Position numbers and translations under genes: made by a program. 63,899 nucleotides of DNA from Emiliania huxleyi CCMP1516. Taxonomy: Eukaryota. Under the pieces are notes generated by a model. That model was not told the origin of the DNA. It ran no database searches and worked only from the letters and a program-made list of their open reading frames with translations. The stretch lies in contig NW_005201176.1 in assembly GCF_000372725.1 (NCBI RefSeq), positions 124,102 to 188,000 of the forward strand. The letters run 5' to 3'. Position 1 is the first letter of the stretch, and every line of letters starts with the position of its first letter. Below are positions 48,239 through 62,380 of the stretch, in pieces.

Positions 48239-48799
48239 CCACATCCCCCCTGTCGCCCCCCCCAGCACTCCAAGGTGCCAAAGGAACAAACAAGGGCACA
48301 ACAACAGACGACAGGAAGTGACATGCGAGGCTAGAGCAGGCTTGCTCCACCTCTAGCAATCTCGCCGCCCGGCGAGGCACGGACGAGACCGTTGGGGTCT
48401 AGTGAGGTGTCTATGGACGCCCTCCTCTGCTACGGACTCCCTCACTAAAAAAGAAACTTGCGGCGGACGGTTCCAGGACATTACTGTGTCTCGCGCTTGA
48501 TTGATTGATCTCGCGCCTACATTCATTACGAGAGCGGGGGAACGAGAGAACTGTCGGCGAACGTCAACTCAGGGTGCCTAGTGCCTGCTACCACCAAGAC
48601 AGGCGCCGCCTTTGCTGTGTCGCGTCCTCCGCGTCGCCAGCCCACCACATTTGCTCGCCATCCGCGCATCACCGTCCACAACAGCCCGCCCCATACCTCC
48701 TCAGCCCCTCATCGCCGCCGCAAACGCCGAGAGCGCCCTTCGCCCATCGCATCGCCCTCGCGCCCCTCAGCCGCCACCACCTCCGACAGGTCGTTCGAA

Positions 48800-51700
48800 A
48801 TGGCAGAGGAGGCGGGCAAGTACACGATCAAGAATCCCAAGTCGGTCGGCCACTGCAAGGCACAGCCCTTGACTGGAGGCGTTACGCTTGAGGCGCGCGT
48901 CGGCTTCACAGGCCGCCACCCCTTCATCGCGGACTCGACACGCCCTCTCCCGATGAACAACAGGAGTGGGACATCGAGGACAAGGAGTTTTACGAAAAGG
49001 AGGGCCTCAACATCGCCACGCGCAACCTCTGGGCCTCCGTCCCGAACCTCCTCATGGGCTTTGCCGTCTGGCTCATGTGTGCGGAGTCACCTGCCTCCCC
49101 ACCCTGAGCCCGCCGCCGCCCTCGCCCCGTCCCGCATGGGGGCTTTCCGCCGCACGCCCGCGCCCCGCGTCGGCGTCTTCAGGTGGTCCGTCATCACGAC
49201 CAAGATTCAAGGTGGAGACCTGACTCGCCCGGACCTCCCTCTCACCCTAGCACCTTCTGCCTCTCACCTCGCCCTCAACTGCCTCTCCTCACCTCGTCCT
49301 CAACTGCCTCTCCTCACCTCGTCCTCAACCCGCATAGCCGCTCACACCGCCGACCCCGGCGTCTACTACTTCAAAGACTTTGCCCCGAGCATCGACGGCA
49401 TCAACGAGGGCTTCCGCGGCTGCCCGGGTGCAGCCACGCCTCCCCCCCCCCCCCTCTCACCCTCGCCCACCCCCGCCCACCGCCCCTCCCGCCTCCGCGC
49501 CCTCCGAGCCAGGCTGGTACGACAAGGCGTGCTGCTCCACCTGGCAGAAAGCCACGCAGGATGCCTTCAATGATTGGCAGACCAAGAACTACGACGGGGC
49601 TACGCCGTGCGCCCCCCCCCCCCCTCTCCCCTCTCAACACACACCACCGCCATCACCATTCTACCTCCAACCCCCGCTCGCCGCCTATCTTGCCCCTCGC
49701 CTCAACACACATAGTCCGCCATCACCATCACCATGCGAGACTCTACCTCCAACCCCCGCTCGCCGCCTATCTTGCCCCTCGCCTCAGGTACTCCAACGCC
49801 GACGACTTCATGTACTCGAAGGACTTCAAGGACCTCAAGACTGCGCCCGCCTCCAAGGACGGCCCGGGCGGCTTCTACTCGCCGGACGAGGCGTACGGCT
49901 GCAAGGTGGACGCCGACCGCAACAAGGCGTACAAGGCTGCGCTCTACGTCATCGGAGCGACCGGCGGCCTCTCCGGCGGCATCTTCCGCCTCCCGAACTC
50001 GTTCGTCGTCCCGTTCGTCGGAGGGTGAGTCAGACAGCAGTCAGCAGCCCCGAGCGCCCCCTTCTCACACAGACTCACCAGCCCCCCCCCCCCCCCCCCT
50101 GCTCTCCCACCCCGCGCGATCCCCGCGCACAGATCTGCATCGCGTGCGTCTTCCTCGCCTTCTTCTTCATGAACAACATGCCCAAGGAGACGCACCCGGT
50201 GCCCGACGGCTTCTTCCAGATGTTCTGCAACTACGCCTCCTTCCAGGCGCGCCTCCTTCCGAGACACCTCTCCTGCCGCACTCCCAGAACGGCCTTTACC
50301 CGCCCCCGCTGCCTATACCCGCTCGCACCTCTTCCAGGGTCCCGCCTACATCACCTCCGCCATCGGCGTCGCCATCATTTACGGCACGCGCAACCTCACC
50401 CAGCCGGCGGCCGCCATCCCGATCACCATCGGCATCATCGTCGTCGTGTCGATCATCGAGCACACCTTCATGTACTTCCTCATCCCCAAGGTGAGATTAG
50501 CTCCTGAGATCAGCAGAGATTAGTCGAGGAGCGAGACTAGCCGAGGTTCGCCGAGACCAGCCGGGATTAGCCGAGCGCACCTTCATGTTCTTCCTCGTTC
50601 CCCAAGGCGGCCGAGCGCGTAAGTGCGCGGACTGACAGAGCGATTCCTCAACGGCTGCTGCTCTGCTAGGCGGCCAAGCCGGCCCTCATGACCGGCCTCG
50701 CCATCTTCAAGAACAAGCACAACTACGTGATGACCTACCTGTACATCATGACCTTCGGCCCGACCAGCGCGCGTCGCCTCCCCCGCAGCCGTGTCCGCGA
50801 CACTCACGCACGACGCGTCCCCTTAGGCTCCTTCATCGGCTTCTCCTCCGCCTTCCCCAAGCTCATCGTCGACATCTTCGACGAGTACGGACCAAAGGAG
50901 TGCGCCGAGCTCCAGCTCAAGGGCACACTTGAGCAGGGCGACTGCTCGTACACCGGCTGGCCCGTCAAGGGCTTCTCGCCCGCCTTCCTCGGCGCGCTCA
51001 GAAGTAGAGCAGTATCTGTAGATCTAGGGAGCAGGAGCGGGGACAGTGTGGTGGGGGTAGGACGCTAGTACTTAGGCAACCTCAATCCACGGCCACGCCC
51101 AAGCAACTAGCACCGGAGACAGCGCCTGCAACCACACAGGCGCGCTCATCGGTTCGCTCATCCGCCCGCTCGGCGGCATGATGTCGGACAAGATTGGCGG
51201 CGCGCGCGTCACCCACTACCACACGGTCCTGATGACGGCGGTCACGATCGGGCTCGGCGTGATCGTCAAGTACGCGCGCGAGGCAGAAGAGAACCGCATC
51301 CGCTTCTTCCCGCCCTTCATGGTCTGCTTCATGATCCTCTTCTACTGCACCGGCGAGAGCTGTAGCCGGGATGTGACCGCGATGTGACCGCGGTGTGACC
51401 GCGATGCGACCGAGACATCATGTCTGTCTCGTGGCGTGTAGATTGGCGGGATGGCACGGAGAGCCCCACACAGCCACCGCGCGCGTGGACGCAGACCGCC
51501 CGCGCCCAACACATTCGCGACGAGACTGCAGGCGTCGGCAACGGCTCCACCTTCCAGCAGATCGCCGTCATCTTTGACAAGACTCTCGCGCCGCCTGTCC
51601 TCGGCTGGTCGTCCGCCATCGCCTCCTTCGGCGCCCTCCTCGCGGGGGCCCGGGCCCACCTGCGACGCGTCTGCGACGCGTGCACGACACGTCCCGTATA

Positions 51701-51880
51701 GGCGCCTTCCTCATCCCCAAGTTCTTTGCGACTGCCATCCAGCAGGGTGCGCCCGAGACGCCCTTCTTCATCTTCGGCGCCTACTACTTCACCTGCATCA
51801 TTGTCAACTGGTGGTTCTACCTGCGCATCCACCCCAACTCGATCAAGCCCGGCACCGCGCCGCAGTCCGCAAAGGAGTAG
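48800..51880 (+). CDS. NarK/NRT2-family MFS nitrate/nitrite transporter; apparently missing internal exons
   Basis: Motifs WDIEDKEFYEKEGLNIATRNLWAS, GGIFRLPNSF, TYLYIMTFGSFIGFSSAFP, GSLIRPLGGMMSDKIGG, CTGVGNGSTFQQI, GWSSAIASFGAFLIP, VNWWFYLR. Confidence 0.85.
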
Positions 51881-52839
51881 AGGGCGCGGCGCCAGGAGAG
51901 CCATGCCACAAGTGTGGTTGCGGTGCCTGCGCCGTGGCTGGCCAAGGCGTCTCCCCGTGCGCTGTCCACCCCCTCCCCCCCCCCTTCTTCCGCCCCCCAT
52001 GCAGCTCATTATCCTTGTGCGTCTTGGCGGCGCCACGCTGCCCCGTACGATTCGATCTCGCGTGGCAGCGCGTGTGTCCGAGATGCGCACAGGTGGGACC
52101 GCGTCTCGCCGGACGCGGGAGCATCATTTGAGAGTGAGACCCTCTATAGAGAGAGGTGTGGAGAGAGGCGCGGCAAGATGTGTGTCCCGTACGATTCGAT
52201 CTCGCGTTGGCGCACACGGCTCTCAGGCCACGACTCTCTTTTGTAATATTGCAATATTAGTTGGGTTTATTTTTGAGCTTAGCCTTCGATGTTATGAAAC
52301 AAACACGCAAGGCGGACATGGCATATCGCTCTCGGGCCCACAGACATCCCGCACACCCGCCGCCCCCCGCGCGCGCCCACCCCGGCCGGGAGAAAGGGGA
52401 GTGACAGTTTGGGACGGCAACAGAACGAGTATGTTGAGTCCTGGCTCAACAACGCAGATAAAGGACTTGGGTGGTCCGGCCCACAAGTCCGGCTCATGCG
52501 CCCCGACTGACCGATCTACCGCACTGAACACTTTCGCCCCCTCGCTCCCAACCCATCCACCCCGCCCCGGGCCGCGCCGCGCGATCTCGGGCAATCTCGC
52601 GCTATCTCGGGCGATCTCGGGGCCGCGCCGCGCTATCTCGGGCGATCTCGGAGCGTCGCTCGCGCGGCGTCACACCTGCTCAAAAAGGAAGGAGGTTGGA
52701 GGCAGGAGGTCACGCCCCATCCAGAGCGCCGTCGTCGCCGGGTTTTTGGCCCCCGGGTCGTCGCCCGACGGTTGCTGCGCGGGGCAGCAGACCATCGGAC
52801 GGCGCGACACCGCCATTTATTTTTTGGGCTTCCCAGAGA

Positions 52840-54608
<1,769 letters not shown>

Positions 54609-54878
54609 CCGCGCATGCGTGCCGGCCAGTGCCGGCCACTATGTAGTCATATCGTCCCCGTTGCGCGTCGTCGGTCGCTCCACAGTGCGCGGTGGCTGGT
54701 TAGTCTGGTCCTATGGAGAGGCTAGGCTCTCTCTCTCTCTCTCGTTGTCTGTGGCTCTTTACAATTAAACATGCCGCCCGAGAGAGCGAGAGAGATACGG
54801 GTGTGGAGGGTGCGAGTTGACCAGGGGGGTTGTGCTTGTGCGCCAGGCCCTCATTTTCAAAAAATTCTTTTCCTCGCG

Positions 54879-56306
54879 ATGTCCACCGCGCCGCGCCGCC
54901 GCTCGCGCCGCCTCGCCTCCGCCTCCACCGCCGCTCCCTCGCCGAACTCGCCGCCGCCCGCCCGGCTCCTCGACCTCCCGAGGGAGCTCCTCGAGCGCGT
55001 CCTCTCCCGCTTCGACAGCCCCATCGACATCGCTCGCGTCGCCGCCGTCTCGCTCCTCTTTCATGCCTCGCTCGCGGAGGAGAGCATCCGCTTGTGGGCG
55101 CAAGAGCGCGGCTTCGAGCTGCCGGCGCAGCCAGAGGGCGAGAGCTGCGCCGTGCGGTGGCTGTGCTTCGCTGCGCTGCTGCGCGAGCACAACCCGCCGG
55201 CGAGGGCGGCGGGAGGCAGTCAGCACAATGTCTTCATTGACGGCGAGGGGCGGCTGTCGTCGTGCGGCTCGGAGGGGGGCTACCCAGGACTGCTCGGGCA
55301 CGGCGAGGGCGTCACGCAGCTCAACACGCCGATCCGCCTCGCTTCCCCGCTGGACGGCGAGCGCGCGGTGAGCGTGTCGGCTGGAGCCTATCACAGCTTT
55401 GCCATCACTGCCGACGGAGCTGTCTGGAGCTGGGGCGGTGGATTATTTGGCAAGTTGGGCCACGGTGACGAGCAGCGCCAGCTGCAGCCAAAGAAGGTCG
55501 AGGCTTTTGCTGGGCGGCGCGTCGTCGCTGTGTCGGCTGGACGGTACCACAGCTTCGCCCTCACCGCCGATGGCTCGGTTTGGAGCTGGGGCGATGGAGA
55601 CTACGGCAAGCTCGGCCACGGGAGCGACGAGCAGAACCAGCTGCTGCCCAAGAAGGTCGACGCCTTAGCTGGGCGGCGCGTCGTCGCCGTGTCGGCAGGA
55701 CGCGAACACAGCCTCGCCCTCACCGCGGACGGCGCTGTCTGGAGCTGGGGCGATGGACTCTACGGCATGCTGGGCCACGGCGACCAGCAGCGCCAGCTGC
55801 TGCCCAAGAGAATTGAGGCCATGGCAGGGCAGAGAGTCGTCGCTGTGTCTGCTTCACTCTTGCACAGCCTCGCTCTCACCGCCAACGGCGACGTCTGGAG
55901 CTGGGGCCGTGGAGGGCAAGGCAGGTTGGGCCACGGCGACACGCAGCAGCAGCTGCTGCCCCAGAAGGTCGAGGCCTTGGCTGACCAGCGCGTCGTCGCG
56001 GTCTCGGCTGGAGGGTCGCACAGCCTTGCCCTCACCGCCGACGGTGCCGTCTGGAGCTGGGGCTACGGATACTTTGGCGAGCTGGGCCACGGCGACCGGC
56101 AGAACCAGCTGCTACCGAAGAAGGTCGAGGCCTTTGCTGGCCAGCGCGTCGTCGCTGTGTCGGCGGGAGGCGAATACAGCCTCGCCATCACCGCCGACGG
56201 TGCCGTCCTTACCTGGGGCAAGGGCGATCTCGGCTGCCTAGGCCACGGAGAGGACCTGTCGAACCAGCTGCTGCCCAAGAAGATCGAGGCGCGCGGCGGA
56301 GCGTGA
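54879..56306 (+). CDS. F-box-like + RCC1-repeat protein, intronless
   Basis: F-box-like LLDLPRELLERVL. About seven repeats VSAGxxHSLALTADGAVWSWGxGxxGxLGHGD. Confidence 0.9.
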   Translation: MSTAPRRRSRRLASASTAAPSPNSPPPARLLDLPRELLERVLSRFDSPIDIARVAAVSLLFHASLAEESIRLWAQERGFELPAQPEGESCAVRWLCFAALLREHNPPARAAGGSQHNVFIDGEGRLSSCGSEGGYPGLLGHGEGVTQLNTPIRLASPLDGERAVSVSAGAYHSFAITADGAVWSWGGGLFGKLGHGDEQRQLQPKKVEAFAGRRVVAVSAGRYHSFALTADGSVWSWGDGDYGKLGHGSDEQNQLLPKKVDALAGRRVVAVSAGREHSLALTADGAVWSWGDGLYGMLGHGDQQRQLLPKRIEAMAGQRVVAVSASLLHSLALTANGDVWSWGRGGQGRLGHGDTQQQLLPQKVEALADQRVVAVSAGGSHSLALTADGAVWSWGYGYFGELGHGDRQNQLLPKKVEAFAGQRVVAVSAGGEYSLAITADGAVLTWGKGDLGCLGHGEDLSNQLLPKKIEARGGA

Positions 56307-57229
56307 ACTCTTCGAGTCGTCTCAATCTAGACCATACTCGAAAACACTCGAGTGAGATATCTGCGACGGCCCTGCCGATCCGGCAGAGCCCCCGGCTCCT
56401 GGTCGAGCGCGGTAACGAGGCGGGGCTGCTCCGGCTCCACCGTGATGCCTCGGGAGGCCGGCCTGTGGGTGGGCCGCATCATGCACGACCCGTGGCCGCT
56501 GCAGGGCGCTGGATGCGGTCCCAGGCCTGCCCGGCGCGCTCGTCGACCCCGACGCCGCGCCGCTCGTGCTCTACTCACCCGGCGTGAGCGGCATTCGCTT
56601 CTGGTGGGGTCCGCTCGAGGAGGGCGCCTCGACGGTGGGGGAGGTGCCAGACAGATAGTGGGAGCGTTTTTAGGAAAGTCTTTTGCCTTCCCTCGGTAGC
56701 TTTTTTCTTTCCCTCGAGGCTTGGGAGGCCTACCTGAGCCCGATGCGTCGCAGTGCTCTTGGCTCTCTCGGTCTCGCTTGCGTTTCGGCGGTAGTGCTGC
56801 GGTAGTGACGATCTGTACGATCTGATCACCCGAGAGAATGCCACACGTTAGGATGTCGAGCCTCAGCCTGAGTCACCCCACGGCGCCACGCCCCAGCCTC
56901 GTTTTCCCGCTCTCTCGAGAGACGCACGAGAGACGAGGCTCGAGAGACGCGTCGGCCGTCGCGAGCGCCCACGTAGGTCTAGCCCCTGCCGTCGCTAGCG
57001 AGTCTCGCTCGAGCGAGAGAACGAGAATCGGAATGAATCCCAACTTGGCGCTCGCGGCGCGGACCAGCCGCCTTTCGCCCCCTCACATCGATTTTTGCTT
57101 TCGCGTTTCGGCGCCGTCGGGCTCGGGGGGGCGTCGGCCGTGGCCCGTGGGGGGCACGGGCCACGGCCACACGGTGACGGGGGATCCAACTCTCAGGGGG
57201 CCACACTCGACGGGGGATCCAACTCTGAG

Positions 57230-57654
57230 TAAGGCACCCGGGAAAGATTGGTTCTCGCCCCTGTAACTATTGATATTGATTATTGACAGCATCCCCTCTA
57301 ACTATTGACAATATATTGACATATTGATCGCTGATTTTAACCTCCAAGAGCACCAAATGTCGACATTTGTCCCAAACATCGAACGCCTACATGTGGGCTG
57401 AAATAAAAAAAATACGAGTTTAAAGCGATTTTCATGCGATTTAAGCGAGTTTGAAGCGATTTGGGCCCCCGTTTTGAACGATTTAGAGCCACTTTCAAGC
57501 CCGGGATGGGCCCCCATATTGATATGTTGAGTCCAACCTGACGGTCCTGACCCAGCCCAGGCCCAGCCTCCTCTAACTATTGCAATACATATATTGATAT
57601 TGATCGCATCTCTAACTATTGCAGCAATATATTCAATATTTCCCGGGTGCCTTA
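57230..57654. mobile_element. hAT-type MITE, 425 bp, AT-rich
   Basis: 16-bp TIRs taaggcacccgggaaa / tttcccgggtgcctta, 8-bp TSD actctgag (57222-57229 and 57655-57662), and subterminal taactattg repeats. Confidence 0.88.
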
Positions 57655-57771
57655 ACTCTGAGAAAGGGGGGGCGGTCCAACTCAGAAGTCAGATCCGGGA
57701 TGGCCGGGCTGTCTCGCCAAGCTGCAGAAACAAGCTTTCAGTGCCTACAAGTGTAGGCACTGGATTATCGT

Positions 57772-58270
57772 GCGCGCGGAGCGCGCTGGGGACACACGCG
57801 CGGAGCGCGCTAGCTGGACACACGCGCGGAGCGCGCTAGCTAGACACACGCGCGGAGCGCGCTGGCTAGATACCGCGCGGAGCGCGCTGGCACCTATGTG
57901 CGCGGAGAGCGCACCGCGGTACCGGTAGAGTCTAGACACATGAAGACAGTCTGTTGCAGTCAGTTGTGGCCACGCTGCTTCGAAGCTGGCCTGACGTCGT
58001 AGCACGCGTCTGGCAGACGCTGTGTCTCTGCCTTCTTCCGCGTCATGACCACACCCCGCTGCAGCGAAGCTCCAATGCCGCCCCTCTGTGCATGTGACCT
58101 GTCGTTGTGGTGAAAGCGGTCTTTCCAGTTGAGCCCGCTCCAGTTCTCGAGCGCACGGTTGATGAAGGGCACGGCGACGGCCGCATGTAGCGCCCGGAGA
58201 CACGCGCGGAGCGCGCCGCTGCAGAACACGGTCGCGCGGAGCGCGCCGCTGCACAGGCGCGGAGCGCCGC
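57772..58270. repeat. Two clusters of cgcgcggagcgcgc motif (~9 copies)
   Basis: Copies at ~25-nt spacing in 57772-57912 and 58200-58268, with an inverted copy at ~58379. Confidence 0.7.
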
Positions 58271-58625
58271 CACTTGAGATTGGGCCTGTGGGTGGGCAGA
58301 GTGGTTCCTAGCGTGTGAGTCAACTCTTAATAGAAATATCGCACCTAGCCCTCCTCAACCCTCAAAATTTTCGTCGGGCGCGCTCCGCGCGCGGCGCTCC
58401 GCACCTGACTCCTTGAGGTTGAGCGGCGTGTGTACGGCTCTCTAGCTGTAGGCCTGCCGCTGGCTCGCACATGTTCTGCAGCTTGGGGCTGTCTGATTTC
58501 GCCTCGTCCCTCGATCGCAACACCAACCTACAAGCTAATCTAAGGGGCCGCCGCGCTGGCAATGGACACTCAAAGTTGGCTGCCTCCACACGAGACGCCA
58601 CACGAGGCTCACAAACACCATCTCT

Positions 58626-61600
58626 TTACCACACGCCCGAAGCGAAGGAGGCGAAGGGGTGCGTGGAGCTGCGCAAAGTGGCGCTCGTGAGGTAGCGGTC
58701 CCACTCGGCGCCGTCGCCCTCCTCGCTCGCCGGGCTCGCGTACTTTTCGATGGTGACGACGTTGGACGTGTCCGTCGGGTGCGCGATCTTCGGCCGGAAC
58801 GGGGCGGGCGTGCTGCGGCTGCGCAAGCTCGACCACGCGATCGCTGCGAAGAAAGGCGCGTCGCAGACCTCGTCCGCCGCGCAGAGCCGCTGCTCGGGAG
58901 CCTTGGCGAGCAGACCGGCCAGCAGAGCGTCGCACTCGGCGCTGCTCTTGAAGAGCAAACGCGGAGCCTCGACGAGGATCTTGCGGTACACCTCTGCCGG
59001 GTCGGCGCTGCGGAAGGCGGGCACGCCGGCGAGCATCTCGAAGAGCAGCATGCCTGTGCTGGCAGCTGGAGGCGTGAAGAGACGCTCTTCACAGCCACAG
59101 GCCGATCTCGAGGAGCAGCACGCCGAGCGCCCACCAGTCGACGGAGAAGCTGTACGCCTCCCCCCGCACCATCTCGGGGGCGAGGTACTCGGGCGTGCCT
59201 ACAGGCAATCTCGGGTACTCTCGGGGGGCTCTCCCGCCATTTCGGGGGCGAGAGGCTCGGGCGTGCCTGTCGGGGTTCGCTCTGCCGCGGCTGCATCACG
59301 GCTACATCTCGGCTACATCTCGGCTATCTCTCGGCTACATCGCGGCTGCATCTCAGCTGCATCTCAGCTGCATCTCGGCTACGTCTCGGCTATCTCTCGG
59401 CTCTCTCGCGGCTCTCTCTCAGCTATCTCTCGGCTGCATCTCGCCGCAGATAGTCGAGGTCCGCTCTGCGGCGTGCACCTCGCCGTCGTCCGCGAGGGGC
59501 CGCAGCCGCTTGGCGAGCCCAAAGTCGACGAGCTTGAGGTAGCCGACGCCATCGACGAGCAAATTCTCCGGCTTGAGGTCGCGGTACACGATGCCGCTCA
59601 CCTGCACGGGAGGTGTCGGGGACAGGTGTCGGGGAAATGTCTTGGAGAGGGGTGCGGTACGCACGGTGCCACACGCGTCGTGCAGGTGGCCGAGCACGTC
59701 GGCGACGCACGCGGCGTAGAAGCGGGCCTGCCCCTCCTCGAGGCGACCCAGCATGTGCAGCACTGCGTACAGCTCGCCGCCGAGGACCTGTTCACACCTA
59801 GAGGTGTGAAGAGGCGAGAGGGGAGAGGTGCGCACGCGTGCCGCCGAGGACCGGCTCTAGCAGCAGGAACACGCGCCGCGCGTCCTGGAAGGAGGCCTCG
59901 AGCCGCACCACTGCGGGGTGGCTCACCTACATGGTCAAAGCAGGGAATCGTGGCACACCTACATGGTCACCTACATGCCTCGGGGCAGGGAGTCGTGACT
60001 ACGAGTCGCTACGAAAGCATCGACTGCGGCGGAAGACTACGGCGAACCACAGTGGGGTGCGTGTCCTCTCGAGCGCTAGTCGGAAGGCCAGATTCAGCTC
60101 ACCGACGCGAGCAGCTCACGCTCGCGCACCACGGCACCGACGCTGCCGGACGCGATCAGCTGCCCCTTCCAGAGCGCCTTGAGCGCGTGCGGCTGCCCGT
60201 GCACGTCCGTCACAAGGGAGACGCACCCGAACTGGCCCGCACCAAGCCCCGCGACACGGCGGAGGCTCGAGAGGGTCTGCAGGTAGAGCGAGCGCCTCGC
60301 CGCGACCTCGCGCACGCCCGCCGTCGCCTCGTGTGGCGGCGAACCGGCCTACTTCAAAGACGAGAGCGGCGGCTAGCGACTCCGCTGCCGTACTCGTCGC
60401 CTCGGCCGGGCGGCGAGTCGGCCTACGCCGATCACAAACCAGCCCTCGTCAATACGGGTGGGACGTGTACACGGTCACGGACGTGACGTGTGGCGGGTCG
60501 GCCTGTGTCCACACCGCGGCGCGCAGCTCGTCCAGCCGCGAGCCGAGCGCCTGCGTGGTGTCGTTCTGTTTTGCGCGGTGCACTTCTACCGTCGTCCAGC
60601 CGCCAGCCGAGCGCCTCCAACCCCGCGTGGCCCGTGGTCGCACTCTTGGCCAACGCGGGCGGCCTCTGGCCCTCAGGCATCGCCCGAGATTGGCCGTCAG
60701 GCATCGCATTCGGCAGCGACGCGACGCGCCGTGGCCCGCTGGTTGGGCCGCCACCGCCGTCGGGCACGTCGATGCGCACGCCGCGGCTGCTCGCTGGCGC
60801 GCGGCCCCCGCTTCCTCCGCCGCCTCCGCCGCCGCCGCCGCCGCCGCCTCCGCCTCCCCCGCCGCCTCCGAGGTGGCCCGAGATTGCCCGAGGTGGGCCG
60901 AGATGGCGGCTGCCGGCGGTGGAGGGGGAGGAGTTGCGGCAGGAGGAGGAGGAGCCGCGGCTGCCCATTCGCTCGTCGAGCGTGAGGTGCGCCTGTTCAC
61001 TCACCACTCACCATCCATTCGTTGTTCACTGAGACGGCCAGGCGCCCGCTCGTCGGGCGTGGAGGAGCGCCGCGTGCGCCGAGCCGCGGCTGCCACCGAG
61101 CCGCTCGTCCTGCGTCAGTTGGGCTGCGTGAGACGGGCCGCCGCTGGCGCCGCTGCCTGAGCGCGGTAGCGAGAGGCGCGACAGCGGTCCGGACCCACCC
61201 ACAGACCCGCTGTCCCTGTCTCCGGCACTCATCGAGCCAAAGAGCGAGTCGAGCGTGCGGCCTGCTGCGCCGGCGGCGGCGCTGGGCGTGCCTGGAGGGC
61301 TCACCTGCACCGAGTTCTCGTCGACCTGAGGCATTCCTTGTGAGTCAACTCCTCTACTCACTCCTCGCGACCCGCACCATCGAGGTCTCGTCCACCTGGG
61401 GAAGCCCCGTCCCACGCTGCCGGGCCGCACGCGCGCCCGAGCCGCGGACGCCAGCGCCGCCAGACAGCCGAGGCGGAGTGTCGGAGGATCCAGAGGCGCG
61501 GGAGGTGCGGCCAGAGCCGGTGCAGCCAGAGCCGGAGGAGGAGGCCGATGACGCCGAGCAGCGCGCCGGCGTCAGCAGACGGTCGAGCGTGCGAGGCTCG

Positions 61601-61902
61601 GACCCTCTCTCTGCGTTGGCTCGCGCCGGAGGCGGCCGGTACGTGAAGGCGCCGCCGTCCGCCTCGAACATGAGGTCGAGTGTGTCGAGCGGAATGGCGC
61701 GCTCCGGCGGGGCCGAGGGACCGCCCTCTGCGGCCGACGCGGACTGCCCAGACAGCCGGTACTGGAAGCCTCCGCTCGGCGCCGCCTCAAACATCAGGTC
61801 GAGCGTGCGCAGCGCCGAGGCGCCGGAGAGGCTGGCGAGCGTGACGGAGCCGTCGGAGCCGGCGTCCAGGCTCGCGCGCAGCGCACGTTTGGCCAGTGAC
61901 AT
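58626..61902 (-). CDS. AGC-family (PKA/PKG-like) Ser/Thr protein kinase, multi-exon; 5' structure uncertain
   Basis: Motifs [53 protein letters not shown] and AGC tail [12 protein letters not shown]. Confidence 0.85.
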
Positions 61903-62380
61903 GCCGATCTACCCAAATCTACCGAGGAGGCAGGGCCGTGAGCTGCGCAGTGAGAAGAGCGGCGGCGGAGCAGCGATCGAGACTTGGCCGCGACCCAAAG
62001 CCGAGTGAAAAAAATACCCAGCGACGCCGCCAAGGTGGAGTGTGTGTCGTCGCGTGTCCTTGTCTGGTGTTTACTAGCTCCGAGTAGAGGGGGCGTTCTG
62101 CTGCTAGGGGAAACCATTAAAGGGCCAGCCTGGACGACGGTGAGTGGGTGCCGCGTAATGTGGTACACAAAAGACCGGACGCTCGACAAGATCCTCCACG
62201 GACATGCAACATGAGGCGTCACAGATATACTAGGGACAGCATCGATCTGAGCTCGAGATCGATCTTCTAGATGAACAGGGGAGAGGGGCGGGAGGGGGGC
62301 AAAGAGGTGCCAATAATGAACAACTTCGTAGGCTGCGGTGCCAATAAATAGATGGATAATGAATGAAAGCTTTCCTTGGC

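Noticed and set aside
57739..57762. 11-bp-stem hairpin as Helitron end or terminator
   Set aside because: No CTRR at the expected distance on either strand and no U-tract.
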